IMG/VR virus record: IMGVR_UViG_3300030102_007457
DNA from: an uncultured virus (IMG/VR IMGVR_UViG_3300030102_007457)
Lineage: Duplodnaviria > Heunggongvirae > Uroviricota > Caudoviricetes
DNA length: 64,000 bases
Strand: one strand, 5' to 3'
Notes under the pieces: generated by a model
Seen by the model: only the letters and a program-made list of their open reading frames with translations
Told to the model about the DNA's origin: nothing
Databases searched by the model: none
Shown: one piece after another, positions 42,901-48,705 of the stretch
Layout: each line of letters opens with the position of its first letter
Numbering within the stretch: the first letter of the stretch is position 1
Made by a program: the position numbers and the translations under genes

Positions 42901-44550
42901 AGCAACAAGGTAGAGAGGGACTGGTGGGGTGATACCGAAGGAAAGGCCATTACGAGGCTCTCAGAGGCCGCGCAGTACTATCTGGTGGATTGGTGGGGCA
43001 ACACCCGTGGAGAGGACGTAAGGCGTGCTCCAGTGCGTGGATTCGGTATCAGACCCGCATGGGACTGCGGAGACGCCTATGAGTACGACAGAACCAATGG
43101 TAGGACTCCCTTCCAGAGAGTCTACAATAACGGCAACCCAATCTTCAACCTCAAGAACGTCGTGAACTCGAGTGGTCAGGTCAGCGTTACCAGCAACTTC
43201 ACGATACCGAGGTTCGGTGGGCGCTTGAACTCGGATAACACCAACGTAGTCACCGTCCTCGTCGACGTCTTTGCCCCGACCAACGCTCTGAGAGTCGGCG
43301 ACATGGGGAACGGCAGGGGAGTCAGGTACCCCACCATGTTCAACGAGGATGTTCTCACCGACCTTTCCACCCCCGTCCACACCACTGGTCTCGTTCTCAG
43401 CCACAACACAGCGGAGCCCCTGTTCGGTGATGGTTTGATACGCCCCCGTAACGACGTACTGCAAGCCGATGAGGTCAAGCGTGGGATAAGCGCGAGGCTA
43501 GGTGTGGCCGAGGATGGGCTGCTCAAGCCCGAGGCTGTTGTGAGCGACAGGGTGGAGCAGGTCGTGGGAGACTCACCCCACAAGGACGTCATATCGAGGT
43601 CCTCACCGAGGATAGGAGTGGACGCTGAGAACTTCGAGGAGTTGGAGAAGTCCCATATCATCATCAACACAGAGGCGCACAGCCTTCACACGGACCGCAA
43701 CGTAGGACAGAGGACAGTGCTGCAGGGCGCCCACATGCCCGGAAATCAGAGCCTAGTCGACGCGAACTACAACTCACTCCTCTTCAGCGACACGAACGGC
43801 ACCACTAACTCCGTGCTGAAGTTCAGCCATACGTCGAACATGCGTCCTATGGGCGGGGACTACATACTCGAGGCCAGAGCGTTCGCTGGACTCTTCGACG
43901 ACACCGGATGGGGAGTGAACTCACTCACCGGGGCGAATAAGACCTCCAACCCGTATCAGGACGTAGTGACGTACAAAACCGACGGAGTTCGCAACAACGA
44001 CACCGACTCCACTGTGAGGTTCCTTCTGCGCCCCAACAGGGTCCTCGACCGATTCCACGTCGAGATGTACAGGCCGAAGACCACCGCCGTCAAGCAGTCG
44101 GATGGTGACTACTTCCAAGCCACGGCAGGTGGCAAGTACGGCATCTTCACCTACGAGGCGACTGGTAGGACACCCTCCAGCAACTTCCCTGACACACGCT
44201 CGACCCCGGACACCAAGGGACCATACGTACCCATAGTCTACATGAACACCAGCAACGGCGGCTCCGCTGACCAGATACCGACCTCCCACGGTCCCAACTT
44301 GGGAGGAGTGGCAGTGACCAACTTCGATACCTCGTTGACGAGCACCGTATGCAGGCTCATCACCTCAGAGAACACGTTACAACACCACAGGAGCGACGCA
44401 CCAAGGAGAAGGACAGCAGCCCAGACCGATGACCCGGTGAAACGCAAGGACTTCTCCATCAAGCCAAGATACAGCCAGACTCTGCACCCCAAGGGCCACA
44501 AGGGTGATGTGACGTTCGGCACCTCCGACCACAGTGGTGATGCTGCATGA
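27979..44550 (+). CDS. Giant 5523-aa virion protein with an N-terminal LamG/concanavalin-A-like domain
   Basis: Uninterrupted 16.6-kb ORF with a GGTGA RBS before ATG 27979. LamG-like motifs: FCIEAWVQP, LYINGEL, IFVGG..FRGIMEGL, LYRFEE. Confidence 0.85.
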   Translation: MAVLGRTNHAFFFDGVSDSIIIPQGRHTKLGDLTPDGKTMSTLLSSNPSGSQTSTLTSGLFGNQFCIEAWVQPDCGGIIVQKQDQFSLSIGNVDTPGPAVFTVTLDRPTGIEVVRLSTAVEETNGYDGTVYPPSTFGGPHDSYNRFNSSYDDATSLNINHRPLIHVVAALRSKDVVLYINGELMVKKALRDSGFTLNKSDHHIFVGGKGGQFRGIMEGLHLSNRFTDSLINRNSPLVDENTLVLYRFEEPISPIPGTYKTKHFGTLSGSDPHPSKTRITFANASDAATLASALTGKTVTTGDVDFTASPYSSGNYKVFDAHSNPGSTSTRSVPHVPYNLLINAGAINPNTKKPNQTPPERVRLLAIRDIHSSPYMVVSSIHLDFVHGTTDGLRTVLFANPRTTDTDDFFVVITGDILIDGGTGAPYQPLHYATQMIDRTGQMIIDEGPFERHGIVYSSRMSTTDVDTDNPFAVAWDTTVVDEKFKIGHSGRHTLNHVEGHAFMRLLPDPSEEIINQTIDAGVDTIDVYYDAALKGVENQIGINARVDILQNTGDFTINDITSTSEVNTIVSNGLPSDSKEIIAIGGSALDILPFMLRGPVPTELPSVAADIDSETRRYHLRPSRNSRVAMLHVPSLSTSNLAPFVEVHYNAIDITGKSMEATGDSGTATPYLMVEKTVPAGATPVGGGSTVYDVINTAIGNGNLTLHAPGGYIEVTMSNSDFNSVISKPNSLVGDTSEGYESDDELDERFTPFSEGAVNYTPRTQPNPIRTAQPNTPPKIVTASHTTSDTHESVFHRMLINTVSNSKQKTLTDKTIYSRREPSTVVSSPSNGEFDSGSTSSNTHIHEFFDVIDNHPITDSNISNMRIYLQPSDRRRVNQMAHLRSTLDDVTEPNITTLLYHMSRARVRSVEEKESNGVKSTVIQCRGLSEAAVSRTVSKTGAGSPDSHIVKEIEPNAPVVTVTLGGPGQGASDIKPTYDPSPLSRLPFSTQRGYHVRTESVAYSTAKVATLNVKPMNNESPNMASWGTYGFAKKGRVYLDDGASALYDAKNGTAFTFTDRFTSSCNVAGSAAITNIASGTSNLVVGMFINNGGFTNARIQSIDSSSQVTADTGTSVTATGVSITFTHNVNSSSQTQRYLDANGTNYGTFDNWLKATGRASNVTLGATADPITVVLSSEPDFGTESLSEDGSTVNDRMFQGGGKDVNHDYQLGTQYASTRALVEIPIFTKQVFDDDIAGVFPGPDNSLRLSVDATYTAHTWNPTPVGRRPGSPFNSDRAKHSAYALAVSKRNTGRRAFISKNIVVDGSNLQLHVSDITIFPSSSAISGAYTEKYQGIDNRPRFRRVFLESGAWALYTEANAGGYLVIPDKEWAMTRQFREEMKVGMPVFLSGGVPSESLTPIGDEPYTPSVAYENRSEHYHDTASVKTQGGNVDYGLRQYVSAVEFKAGPESNPHAARIVPKRATGVIATVRGFVDDAGPGGMGIAIVSLSSDEDFSTFPDFGFDSQTSLDFSVGDFLYEVELDDAGTTRRLHYYGRIRTADSHDVPANSIALGFYNPSAGSVPSYLTEGNRITLSRRSRAILNFDRSNINAVNNASILDEEYDAYCIEATGWTATVVSGNSTLTLASTATTPLTSNTLGPNLRKGDHIFIKDINGKLNSIGIVSKMTTRDLSGSTDYTVTLTGTSPSSLSGTLFISFSNAFVEDPDAILNRTWVYPYASGGFRNGDTVWSNMTLNNPHAMEGLFAKSRGVLNEARVWKGFTGGAATLSDEPRSSVPLENFLIGKTCIETAQNYAQHVNKTIEENYKALGLNASDAPTVAYVDPYLADDDHTRVLLYDVAHDREFIAFQDIFMQVQTSAKNAEIGWPRKFIKDGSLIDLAEYVATNTGGGPSWATTQIDVANGFPSQNPYLRSTQQSKFIESAYAHDVANRIGTDVLTPLSGSLPSSMAASSTSATSPSIYGKAHGHHSHTGYSLSGGLSDYALGDSSQMRTSDETVLPLFATIKHEFSRVRSFDDLFVTELKKLRKGTSSASLREPSTFHDTPDGTRVIPAFLALKGIRANTLDLTSHEESRLQHLPQWKQMEFIRRLDIDVGSLSLAEDVTDIESAAHEMVRIINQAGATKAKRVFDANTTGSAHDPAPWWDAGDAFESSDRGTHMGYLRAHIGRQVQDLDGNPGYTVVIHSTVPGASGRNFCVWLDNSKGQSPYRPQFIVGHGGRWRNFWGMPDEIENENMHPAPLPLNKHGRPFAPITTLHQLIDVELTGMDSVPSLDFSSRDNNTESPVLRAISNAVGGSGSNTVAADSFEPKSTDKSLVEGLRTGTNAVGRVNFGGLVKAGVPGWSPVAGQWGMGPKGNDSFARRYGNNTITTYGDYVPAADIKEEKFGTSPVYGIRMTDHRGKNHTVRLIYRQMGQPFANENTILPSTIEDEVCIFFDDRTNSQGGFTIGGHMVGQGDATGRMTGFSGDTEKVFYGGKWNPVAARDVAIKCDVTYLHASKTLEVVFADPYDTSSTLTHPDMLGYLGFPKKDGRVQITDSAGNGNTGLTLSYTSRSTNDASGEHRFQGIESEFTSDQSLTARLISPTMNWTTLITDELMAVATAAAINNHGINNPEGVVFDCRDMYAANGQTFGEMGVRADAIRIRAYNPDRFVKPIAQFFTASIHPDFGIKAAHLEYGEVEKTDAGSDGVWSFGTSRANTDGNIDAGRDIDCGYVPNTLLQVTSKANGPNTNTRTPLLIDSFNEEVNGTLIENWSRNLRGSQFTDHSGDHILPCVSNPMLRYTSVTTASQRIFIDTNTAQDELWGFLAPATLANGTVPSFGERKKIYLFPEASAVVEGHSGNDQGNVRNLKTLIWDNDTATSEWVTAFAGDGTSGDTTDTAYHTGVISHYGNLRSTEVCGLRSLGSVDSSPIHHFRGGRSSVDNNVPVFFGGGFSGVVLDVNDGTMNDYSEFYTHPYAAGPTGVSGIQNANEIVTSHAILDANAMLSFFPGTALLNQHRGSIMPPAHNRDNVLSPDLDNSTGSINSGHPNSAPYTAGVVVQKPSPLVLRFAHPTARYDDHITSTENKTTYIIFGPGQPFPFTQEVADSSNMTGADSVHPHTGAVLTVGNTWSKVPGNIVPNPIENQDGNYMPEDADYHSAYHAFHWRTPLNWEPATGKPLSLYSKIKQRPENGRMYGQYFNDDSISASFSASDLTIRRGMPLRHNPLLGFGIATGADMVWHMDGGYHPGGHWMDNQIAVNPSHPDGDTTLSVWGPTTQVHPTAFRVAGMLTTKVLGYTASEGQLVAADVDSEYIIVDATRCQNGEELATVVGAAINTFPGKGALKAMGGTHMPSMGNAMRQDRYGWVELETFSAYQISTDPYYVEYSSSTHTTQDKLEQIPACGWIKASTSGSADVPAWGCYHSREVFDDSGTWKVRFYLAPNRITNTEKFESYVTLNNGSSAVTSLAGGSGTGSIYVWSKAGVHRFNNVASTTRDHMCQAHFSGLVDAVDRTRPIGSVGWHGERYSYLNSLRVDTEGYGAGLGAWHSELGFSPYGSASSVLSGFGGIPTTAPLPRSPESTPPVDGLGSALMTYVNNPYSSYTYTTNSLSYSRKDTDDNAPHTLHAKPSHYDIADTFPEELVHPQGLFSKAFIVIACESEFALIAKKDRDSSTCVGDMLMVKGQGSPSLRYAGTTRWDERFHAQDRFIAPAHAGPNVEALIVNDTALETDSTDTGVYTFHTGSVTDLRLENATPDRAKTGDLVTDLDFSLGSKNLETGITAERNVVPEFYTSGSYTSDGDFPTDFWKGDILAYDLYKRSSALNFSTEHIVWKRMDGGNLSLPALNARGLGAVPWTTRVASSTAHTSGEKLYGNVRFSFETTNSAMMPVLQAQELSHPQLADKHDETIGGILTIPNEEMQFDEAVVVDDSGQEHTLQGGSPLGTVIRSFMVLKDRGVEGNAPALANSGNTPSMMVQLPDPDTIPGNIVVRSGFDPVQAYQTESFGSGGMLHADLSNTHTGHLFDSSVSSPRKGPTYEDHNWEHIDSIKNVSRTTGWERATGNNPLKLSYELHDRSLFFHVTKMGHSHTHRYPTTYTHANGVENQALNVSSWDASTSVLTVDATINARIYDASFGTKEVKDDRRFIRIFNPTTEESVVASYTGISGTTFTGIVGDVDFTAFIAAQTVANLDVVPSYYVPAGSARFFAAQRLRDHAEVSGASPDMAHTHYMDGNANTLAHTRYTKPQLTPMPFPRMGHHYVTPTMPMLPGHWAHPAYQSIFKRHLAERASTRGYRDRDLFDKEKTTTSVSSDISTDVTDYMSPLEPELFFSGVSAPVAPSDIHGGAFTLMFETKVKWDGYGVLGSRGHAGIINKAGGHTIVLEAANNYTLQAHFPDPKEVGAYQIVIQPNVHNTQLVGYHFYSSAQKLTGQQVNTVIGTEYVAGVGALVLYLSDATQADVRGCEIFINEVILDHDADFGKHFTNIPPLSLYNAFGIELTESPSFTRRAFPYTPMMSKATPGYTLNIPWWSILHSVAPDDGNSSGFRHISQYTPYNYYDFSRSTLGSIGNQLTIAGYPSIYPDIYSHILQNTSLSPTCTVISTSGSSPNITINVDDASLFPETPYYNHKLEYTDSNGKRQVATYTRRSGLQSGTVNEPKTFTGVTTTGTITTGMELRLTRAYDNLPAKDVFTDTNRSIITKILPQLKKGTKDTVGLHVPDAFLCMWHPNLGRPYTFYSDSSRTWGGTTTDRAVDAAQYNIMPDHFQTIHYHDVVYSMSHGPFDLRIKTPDDGKDGSVVAADSDHNQAGVNQAGTNIMLNRFWPCGTRGGPQSSRPDAFMQASASWIIPRAYASDDLYRWKDNSTIDASYSRGAGIVKEKLATASTHRLPYGYRIAVRQACNRPRWGLIPTRAILEDAMTGVSATTVGYRSGPLVQLETRAWTYAGGDTDSNSTFPNTYVGVMERLTNFSAMLGMDKYEFQVRHSDGRRMTRPFGSPVRTLRNSNKVERDWWGDTEGKAITRLSEAAQYYLVDWWGNTRGEDVRRAPVRGFGIRPAWDCGDAYEYDRTNGRTPFQRVYNNGNPIFNLKNVVNSSGQVSVTSNFTIPRFGGRLNSDNTNVVTVLVDVFAPTNALRVGDMGNGRGVRYPTMFNEDVLTDLSTPVHTTGLVLSHNTAEPLFGDGLIRPRNDVLQADEVKRGISARLGVAEDGLLKPEAVVSDRVEQVVGDSPHKDVISRSSPRIGVDAENFEELEKSHIIINTEAHSLHTDRNVGQRTVLQGAHMPGNQSLVDANYNSLLFSDTNGTTNSVLKFSHTSNMRPMGGDYILEARAFAGLFDDTGWGVNSLTGANKTSNPYQDVVTYKTDGVRNNDTDSTVRFLLRPNRVLDRFHVEMYRPKTTAVKQSDGDYFQATAGGKYGIFTYEATGRTPSSNFPDTRSTPDTKGPYVPIVYMNTSNGGSADQIPTSHGPNLGGVAVTNFDTSLTSTVCRLITSENTLQHHRSDAPRRRTAAQTDDPVKRKDFSIKPRYSQTLHPKGHKGDVTFGTSDHSGDAA

Positions 44551-45977
44551 CCTTGGTTGACGACGACGCTGGTCAGTTCAACGTCAGCCTAGATACTACC
44601 ATGAACGAAGTAAGGAAACCAGTGTTCGTGGACAATGCGCTCCACCACGCCCTCCTGTCCTCCCAGACAAGCAGCAAGAACAAGGTCACCATAGAGAAGC
44701 GCAACAACGCCACGTACACGGTAGCCTCATCGAACAGGTACACCTTGGCAGAGGGCAACAGCACAGTCCAGATGACTCACACCAGCCGTCCCGGTCACAA
44801 TTACGAAGGAGCCCCATTCTTCTCAGGCGAGAGGATATCAACCACCACCAAACCCTCGATGCTGCTCTATAACTCAAACCAGCCCAAGCAGCAGAGGCTC
44901 AAGGGCTCCTCCTTCGTCACCAGCGACAAGGGCATCACACTCAACCTACCCAACATGCAAGGCCTATCATTGAACGACATAGGCTATACTGGGGGTGATG
45001 TCCACTTAGGCCAGTCAATCGATGTCGGTCTCAGAACCACCGACCTAGCGATACAACTCGGTAGGGAACTGACTGGGACACTGACGTCAGTCAATCTGTC
45101 CCTACCGAGAAAGGTAACGTCCACGAATACCGATAGGAGGAAGCACAGTCTCAAGTTCTTCGCTCAGGACTTCAACCAGATACCGATTCTCCAAGCCATG
45201 AAATTCATCTCAAGACAGGACGGCAGAGTAACGTACTTCGATAGGTTCGGCAACCTACTCTTCGTTCCCTTCAATCTGTCAGAGGCCGGTAGAGCGCTAG
45301 ATGAGAACATCAGGCTAAGAGGGCAGCACACCAACCCAGTCGATAACATGGAGAACAGGGTCACCGTACAAGGGTCGCCGTTGGCCCTCAACCTCAAGGC
45401 CGAGGTCACCATGGACGACAGGGCGAGGCAGCAGGGCTCCTTCGACTTCGACATACAGCAGGCGAACCAACCGGTGTTCGATACCAGCATCAAGACTGAG
45501 GCGGCGGCTAGGAGGCTCGCTAGGATGATACTCAGAGCCAACAACATATCCTCCGGTGCCATTACCACCGAGGGTCACCCCAACGCTTGGGACTTGAGAC
45601 CCGGTGTGATGGTGGTCTTCAAGGGCAAGAGGCACGTCATCATGGAGGCCGTTCACAGATTCTCCGAGAAGGAGTCGGACTTCGTCTTCCTGTCACTAGA
45701 CACGGGCATAGAGGGAGTGCTGCAGGGGATAGCGGATGGTGGCATCAGCGCCGCCTACACTCAAGCGTACGACGAATCGGAGCAGGTGACGAGAGAGGAG
45801 ATAAGCCTCTTCGACGGCTTAGAAATAGTGATAACCCCGATAACAGTGACGAGAACAGTGTCGCCAAGCGGGTTCATCATCGGCAAGAACATGACGAGAA
45901 GCACGATTGGTCTAGGGAACGAGTCTATAGGAACCAAAAAGTCAGACTCACTTATCATGAGGAGTGATGACGTATGA
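44547..45977 (+). CDS. Putative baseplate hub/tail-tip protein
   Basis: YFDRFGNLLF, NRVTVQG, IKTEAAARRLARMIL and DLRPG patterns typical of hub proteins; ATGA overlaps at both ends. Confidence 0.65.
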   Translation: MTLVDDDAGQFNVSLDTTMNEVRKPVFVDNALHHALLSSQTSSKNKVTIEKRNNATYTVASSNRYTLAEGNSTVQMTHTSRPGHNYEGAPFFSGERISTTTKPSMLLYNSNQPKQQRLKGSSFVTSDKGITLNLPNMQGLSLNDIGYTGGDVHLGQSIDVGLRTTDLAIQLGRELTGTLTSVNLSLPRKVTSTNTDRRKHSLKFFAQDFNQIPILQAMKFISRQDGRVTYFDRFGNLLFVPFNLSEAGRALDENIRLRGQHTNPVDNMENRVTVQGSPLALNLKAEVTMDDRARQQGSFDFDIQQANQPVFDTSIKTEAAARRLARMILRANNISSGAITTEGHPNAWDLRPGVMVVFKGKRHVIMEAVHRFSEKESDFVFLSLDTGIEGVLQGIADGGISAAYTQAYDESEQVTREEISLFDGLEIVITPITVTRTVSPSGFIIGKNMTRSTIGLGNESIGTKKSDSLIMRSDDV

Positions 45978-46321
45978 CGGCCAGTGACACGTTGAAGAGG
46001 CTCATGATAGACACCATAGCCAGCAACATCAACGAGGTCGTGCTCGGCTTCGACGGTACTCCATCCACCTCGAGCGACGGCTCTGCTGGGAGACCAGCCA
46101 TCACCCTGACACCCACCGTGACGGTCATCGACGACGCCACTCTCCTCATCGAGGCAGATATTCCCACCAGCGAATCATTCGATGACTCCTTGAAGGAGAT
46201 ACACGTTCAACTACGTGACACCAATGGCAACTTCACTCCCATCACCCGCCACACCATACGACCTATCAGCAAGAACTCGACCAACGAGGTCAAAATACAA
46301 ATGCTAATCGAGGTGCGATAA
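45974..46321 (+). CDS. Putative fibre-attachment/collar protein
   Basis: LKEI...ITRHTIRPISKNSTNEVKIQ resembles tail-collar proteins; directly precedes the fibres. Confidence 0.55.
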   Translation: MTASDTLKRLMIDTIASNINEVVLGFDGTPSTSSDGSAGRPAITLTPTVTVIDDATLLIEADIPTSESFDDSLKEIHVQLRDTNGNFTPITRHTIRPISKNSTNEVKIQMLIEVR

Positions 46322-46322
46322 A

Positions 46323-48701
46323 ATGGCTAACTCACTGTCTGGACACACTGCTGGAACTAACGACTCACTGAAAGACGGGAGCCATATTCTGAGCCCTAGC
46401 CTGACCAATATCTACGAGGGTCTCAGGGGCAACGGCATCATGCTCCTGCAAGACGGGATAGCGGACAACAGCGACAGGAACACACCAGCCAATCTCCCCG
46501 GCGCCATGGTCGTCAAAGGCGGCACCTCCCACGTCTTGACAGTCACTGGTGGGCATGTTGTCATCGACAACGTCGTCTACTCGTTCGCCGGTGGACCGGG
46601 AGGCACTCAGGATGTGACAATCAACAAGGCGTCGAGCAACGTGCACAAGAACGGCTCGTTCACAGCGCTGACTAGTGGGCAGGAGTGCCTGTTTGTCGTA
46701 TACCTCTGCACCGACGGGGACGCACAGCACATCCACTTCGAGCAAGGGACAGCCGTGACGGCGTCCTCCGCCTACCCCACCACACCCTCCGGCTTCCTGT
46801 CTGACCCGGACTCATCACTCACCGTCAAGCAGAGTATCGTGCTCGCCACGCTCAGGGCCACGTTCAACGGGTCTGCGTCTGGTACCAACACAGGGACAGA
46901 CGGTCTTGATATTACCATCAGCCAAGTAAATGACAAGAGGCATTTCCTACGACCAAGCCCCCTCTACCTCGTGCCCATGACCGGTGACTCTAGCGCAAGC
47001 GTGAACTCTAACGTGGCCCTCGACAACTTCCACAGCAGTTCCTCCATCGAGCAGGGAGACTTCTCCGGCTCCGACTTGGGAGCCCTCTGGATGAGCAGGG
47101 GCCCTGATGACGCCGGCCAGTCAGAGACGAACGACGTGCTCTACTTCTCAGGTTATCAGGACGGTGCTAGGAGGACGTTCAGGCTCGGACCCGAAAAGTT
47201 GGTCACCGTGGTAGGTGGGGGGACCAAGACCTTCACCTTCGACGGTGGCACCGTCTTCAGGTTCAACACGAACACGGCGACCAATCTCAACCCATCTGGG
47301 ACTTTCCCCTCCGGGCACATGGTCATCATCTCCAACGCAAATTCAGCGGGACAGGCCAACCTCATCTTCGACACCACTGGCCTCAACGACACCATCACAC
47401 CCACCGAGTCGAGTATCTACGTCTATTCGGGGAGTAGTTGGGTCAGGGTCTTCGAGGGCTCGAGCGCTGCGACTGGCTCCAACGGTGTGTCGGGCAGGGT
47501 GCAACTCAGCGATGGCTCCGGCGCATTCACCAGCGCAGCCAACCTGTCATTCAACACGAGCAGCAACGAACTCACCGTGGATGGTAAACTAACGGTCACG
47601 GGGCTCATCGACCCCACCGGCCTAGAACTCACACCTCAGTCGAGCAACCCCGTTACCGGTGCGACGGCTGGCAACACCCTGTGGCTCGACAGCGGGAACT
47701 CGAACGCGCTCATGCAGGGGTCGACGAAGGTCCTTGTCCAAGGGGATGCCGACAACAGCGACTTCTCGCTCGTCGGCCTCAATGACACACCCGCCAACTT
47801 CACATCGGCGGCTGGTAAGTTACTCAACGTCAATTCAGGGGCCAACGCCGTCGAGTTCTCCACACTCTCATCGCTCCTCAACACCGACATGGGAGGCAAC
47901 TTCACCATAGGCAACCAGTCGAGTGACACGGCCACGTTCTCCGGCGACCTGACCGTATCGGGCAACCTCACTGTGAGCGGCACGACCACCACCATCAACA
48001 CGGATACGTTGAGCGTGGCAGACAACATAGTCGTCCTCAACAGCGATGCGACTGGTGCGGCAACCGCGAGTGCTGGAATCGAAATCGAGCGTGGCGACGA
48101 TACGAACGTCTTCTTCCAGTGGAACGAGACCAACGACAGGTGGCAGTTCAACAACCCGCTGTACGTCAATACCACGCTGAACGTCATCGGGACGACAACC
48201 GTGGCAGGGCTCGTCGGCACTGGCGACCTCCAGATAGACACAGACACCCTCTTCGTCGACGTCAGCGCAGACAGGGTGGGCATCAACCAAGCCACTCCAC
48301 TCGCACCACTCCACATAGGCAATACAGCCACGACTGTCGGGACTGGCTTCGGCAACGGACGGGCAACCACCTCGAGCAGCAGCACCGGCACCTCAATCGA
48401 TATCACGCTCTTCAACAGAGACAATTTCAGGGCGGCTAAGTTGCTGGTGGAAGTAGAGAACCAGACCGATGACATCAACGAAACGGCGGAAATGATTCTC
48501 ACCCACAACGGCACGGACTCGTCATCAGCGACGGGAGCGACCCTGACCACCTTCGGCGTGGTGCAATCGGACGTGAACCAAACCGTCCAAGCATCGTATG
48601 ATGCTGCTATAAGTGGTAGCAACGTTCAATTGGAAGTCACCCCTACGGCCAACAGTAAGGTAATCGTGGTCAAGGTGGCATGGCACGCTTTAACAAGGTG
48701 A
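46323..48701 (+). CDS. Tail fibre protein 1 (proximal)
   Basis: GDLTVSGNLTVSGTTTTINT and DNIVVLN...AGIEIERG fibre motifs; GAGGTG RBS. Confidence 0.8.
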   Translation: MANSLSGHTAGTNDSLKDGSHILSPSLTNIYEGLRGNGIMLLQDGIADNSDRNTPANLPGAMVVKGGTSHVLTVTGGHVVIDNVVYSFAGGPGGTQDVTINKASSNVHKNGSFTALTSGQECLFVVYLCTDGDAQHIHFEQGTAVTASSAYPTTPSGFLSDPDSSLTVKQSIVLATLRATFNGSASGTNTGTDGLDITISQVNDKRHFLRPSPLYLVPMTGDSSASVNSNVALDNFHSSSSIEQGDFSGSDLGALWMSRGPDDAGQSETNDVLYFSGYQDGARRTFRLGPEKLVTVVGGGTKTFTFDGGTVFRFNTNTATNLNPSGTFPSGHMVIISNANSAGQANLIFDTTGLNDTITPTESSIYVYSGSSWVRVFEGSSAATGSNGVSGRVQLSDGSGAFTSAANLSFNTSSNELTVDGKLTVTGLIDPTGLELTPQSSNPVTGATAGNTLWLDSGNSNALMQGSTKVLVQGDADNSDFSLVGLNDTPANFTSAAGKLLNVNSGANAVEFSTLSSLLNTDMGGNFTIGNQSSDTATFSGDLTVSGNLTVSGTTTTINTDTLSVADNIVVLNSDATGAATASAGIEIERGDDTNVFFQWNETNDRWQFNNPLYVNTTLNVIGTTTVAGLVGTGDLQIDTDTLFVDVSADRVGINQATPLAPLHIGNTATTVGTGFGNGRATTSSSSTGTSIDITLFNRDNFRAAKLLVEVENQTDDINETAEMILTHNGTDSSSATGATLTTFGVVQSDVNQTVQASYDAAISGSNVQLEVTPTANSKVIVVKVAWHALTR

Positions 48702-48705
48702 TAAC

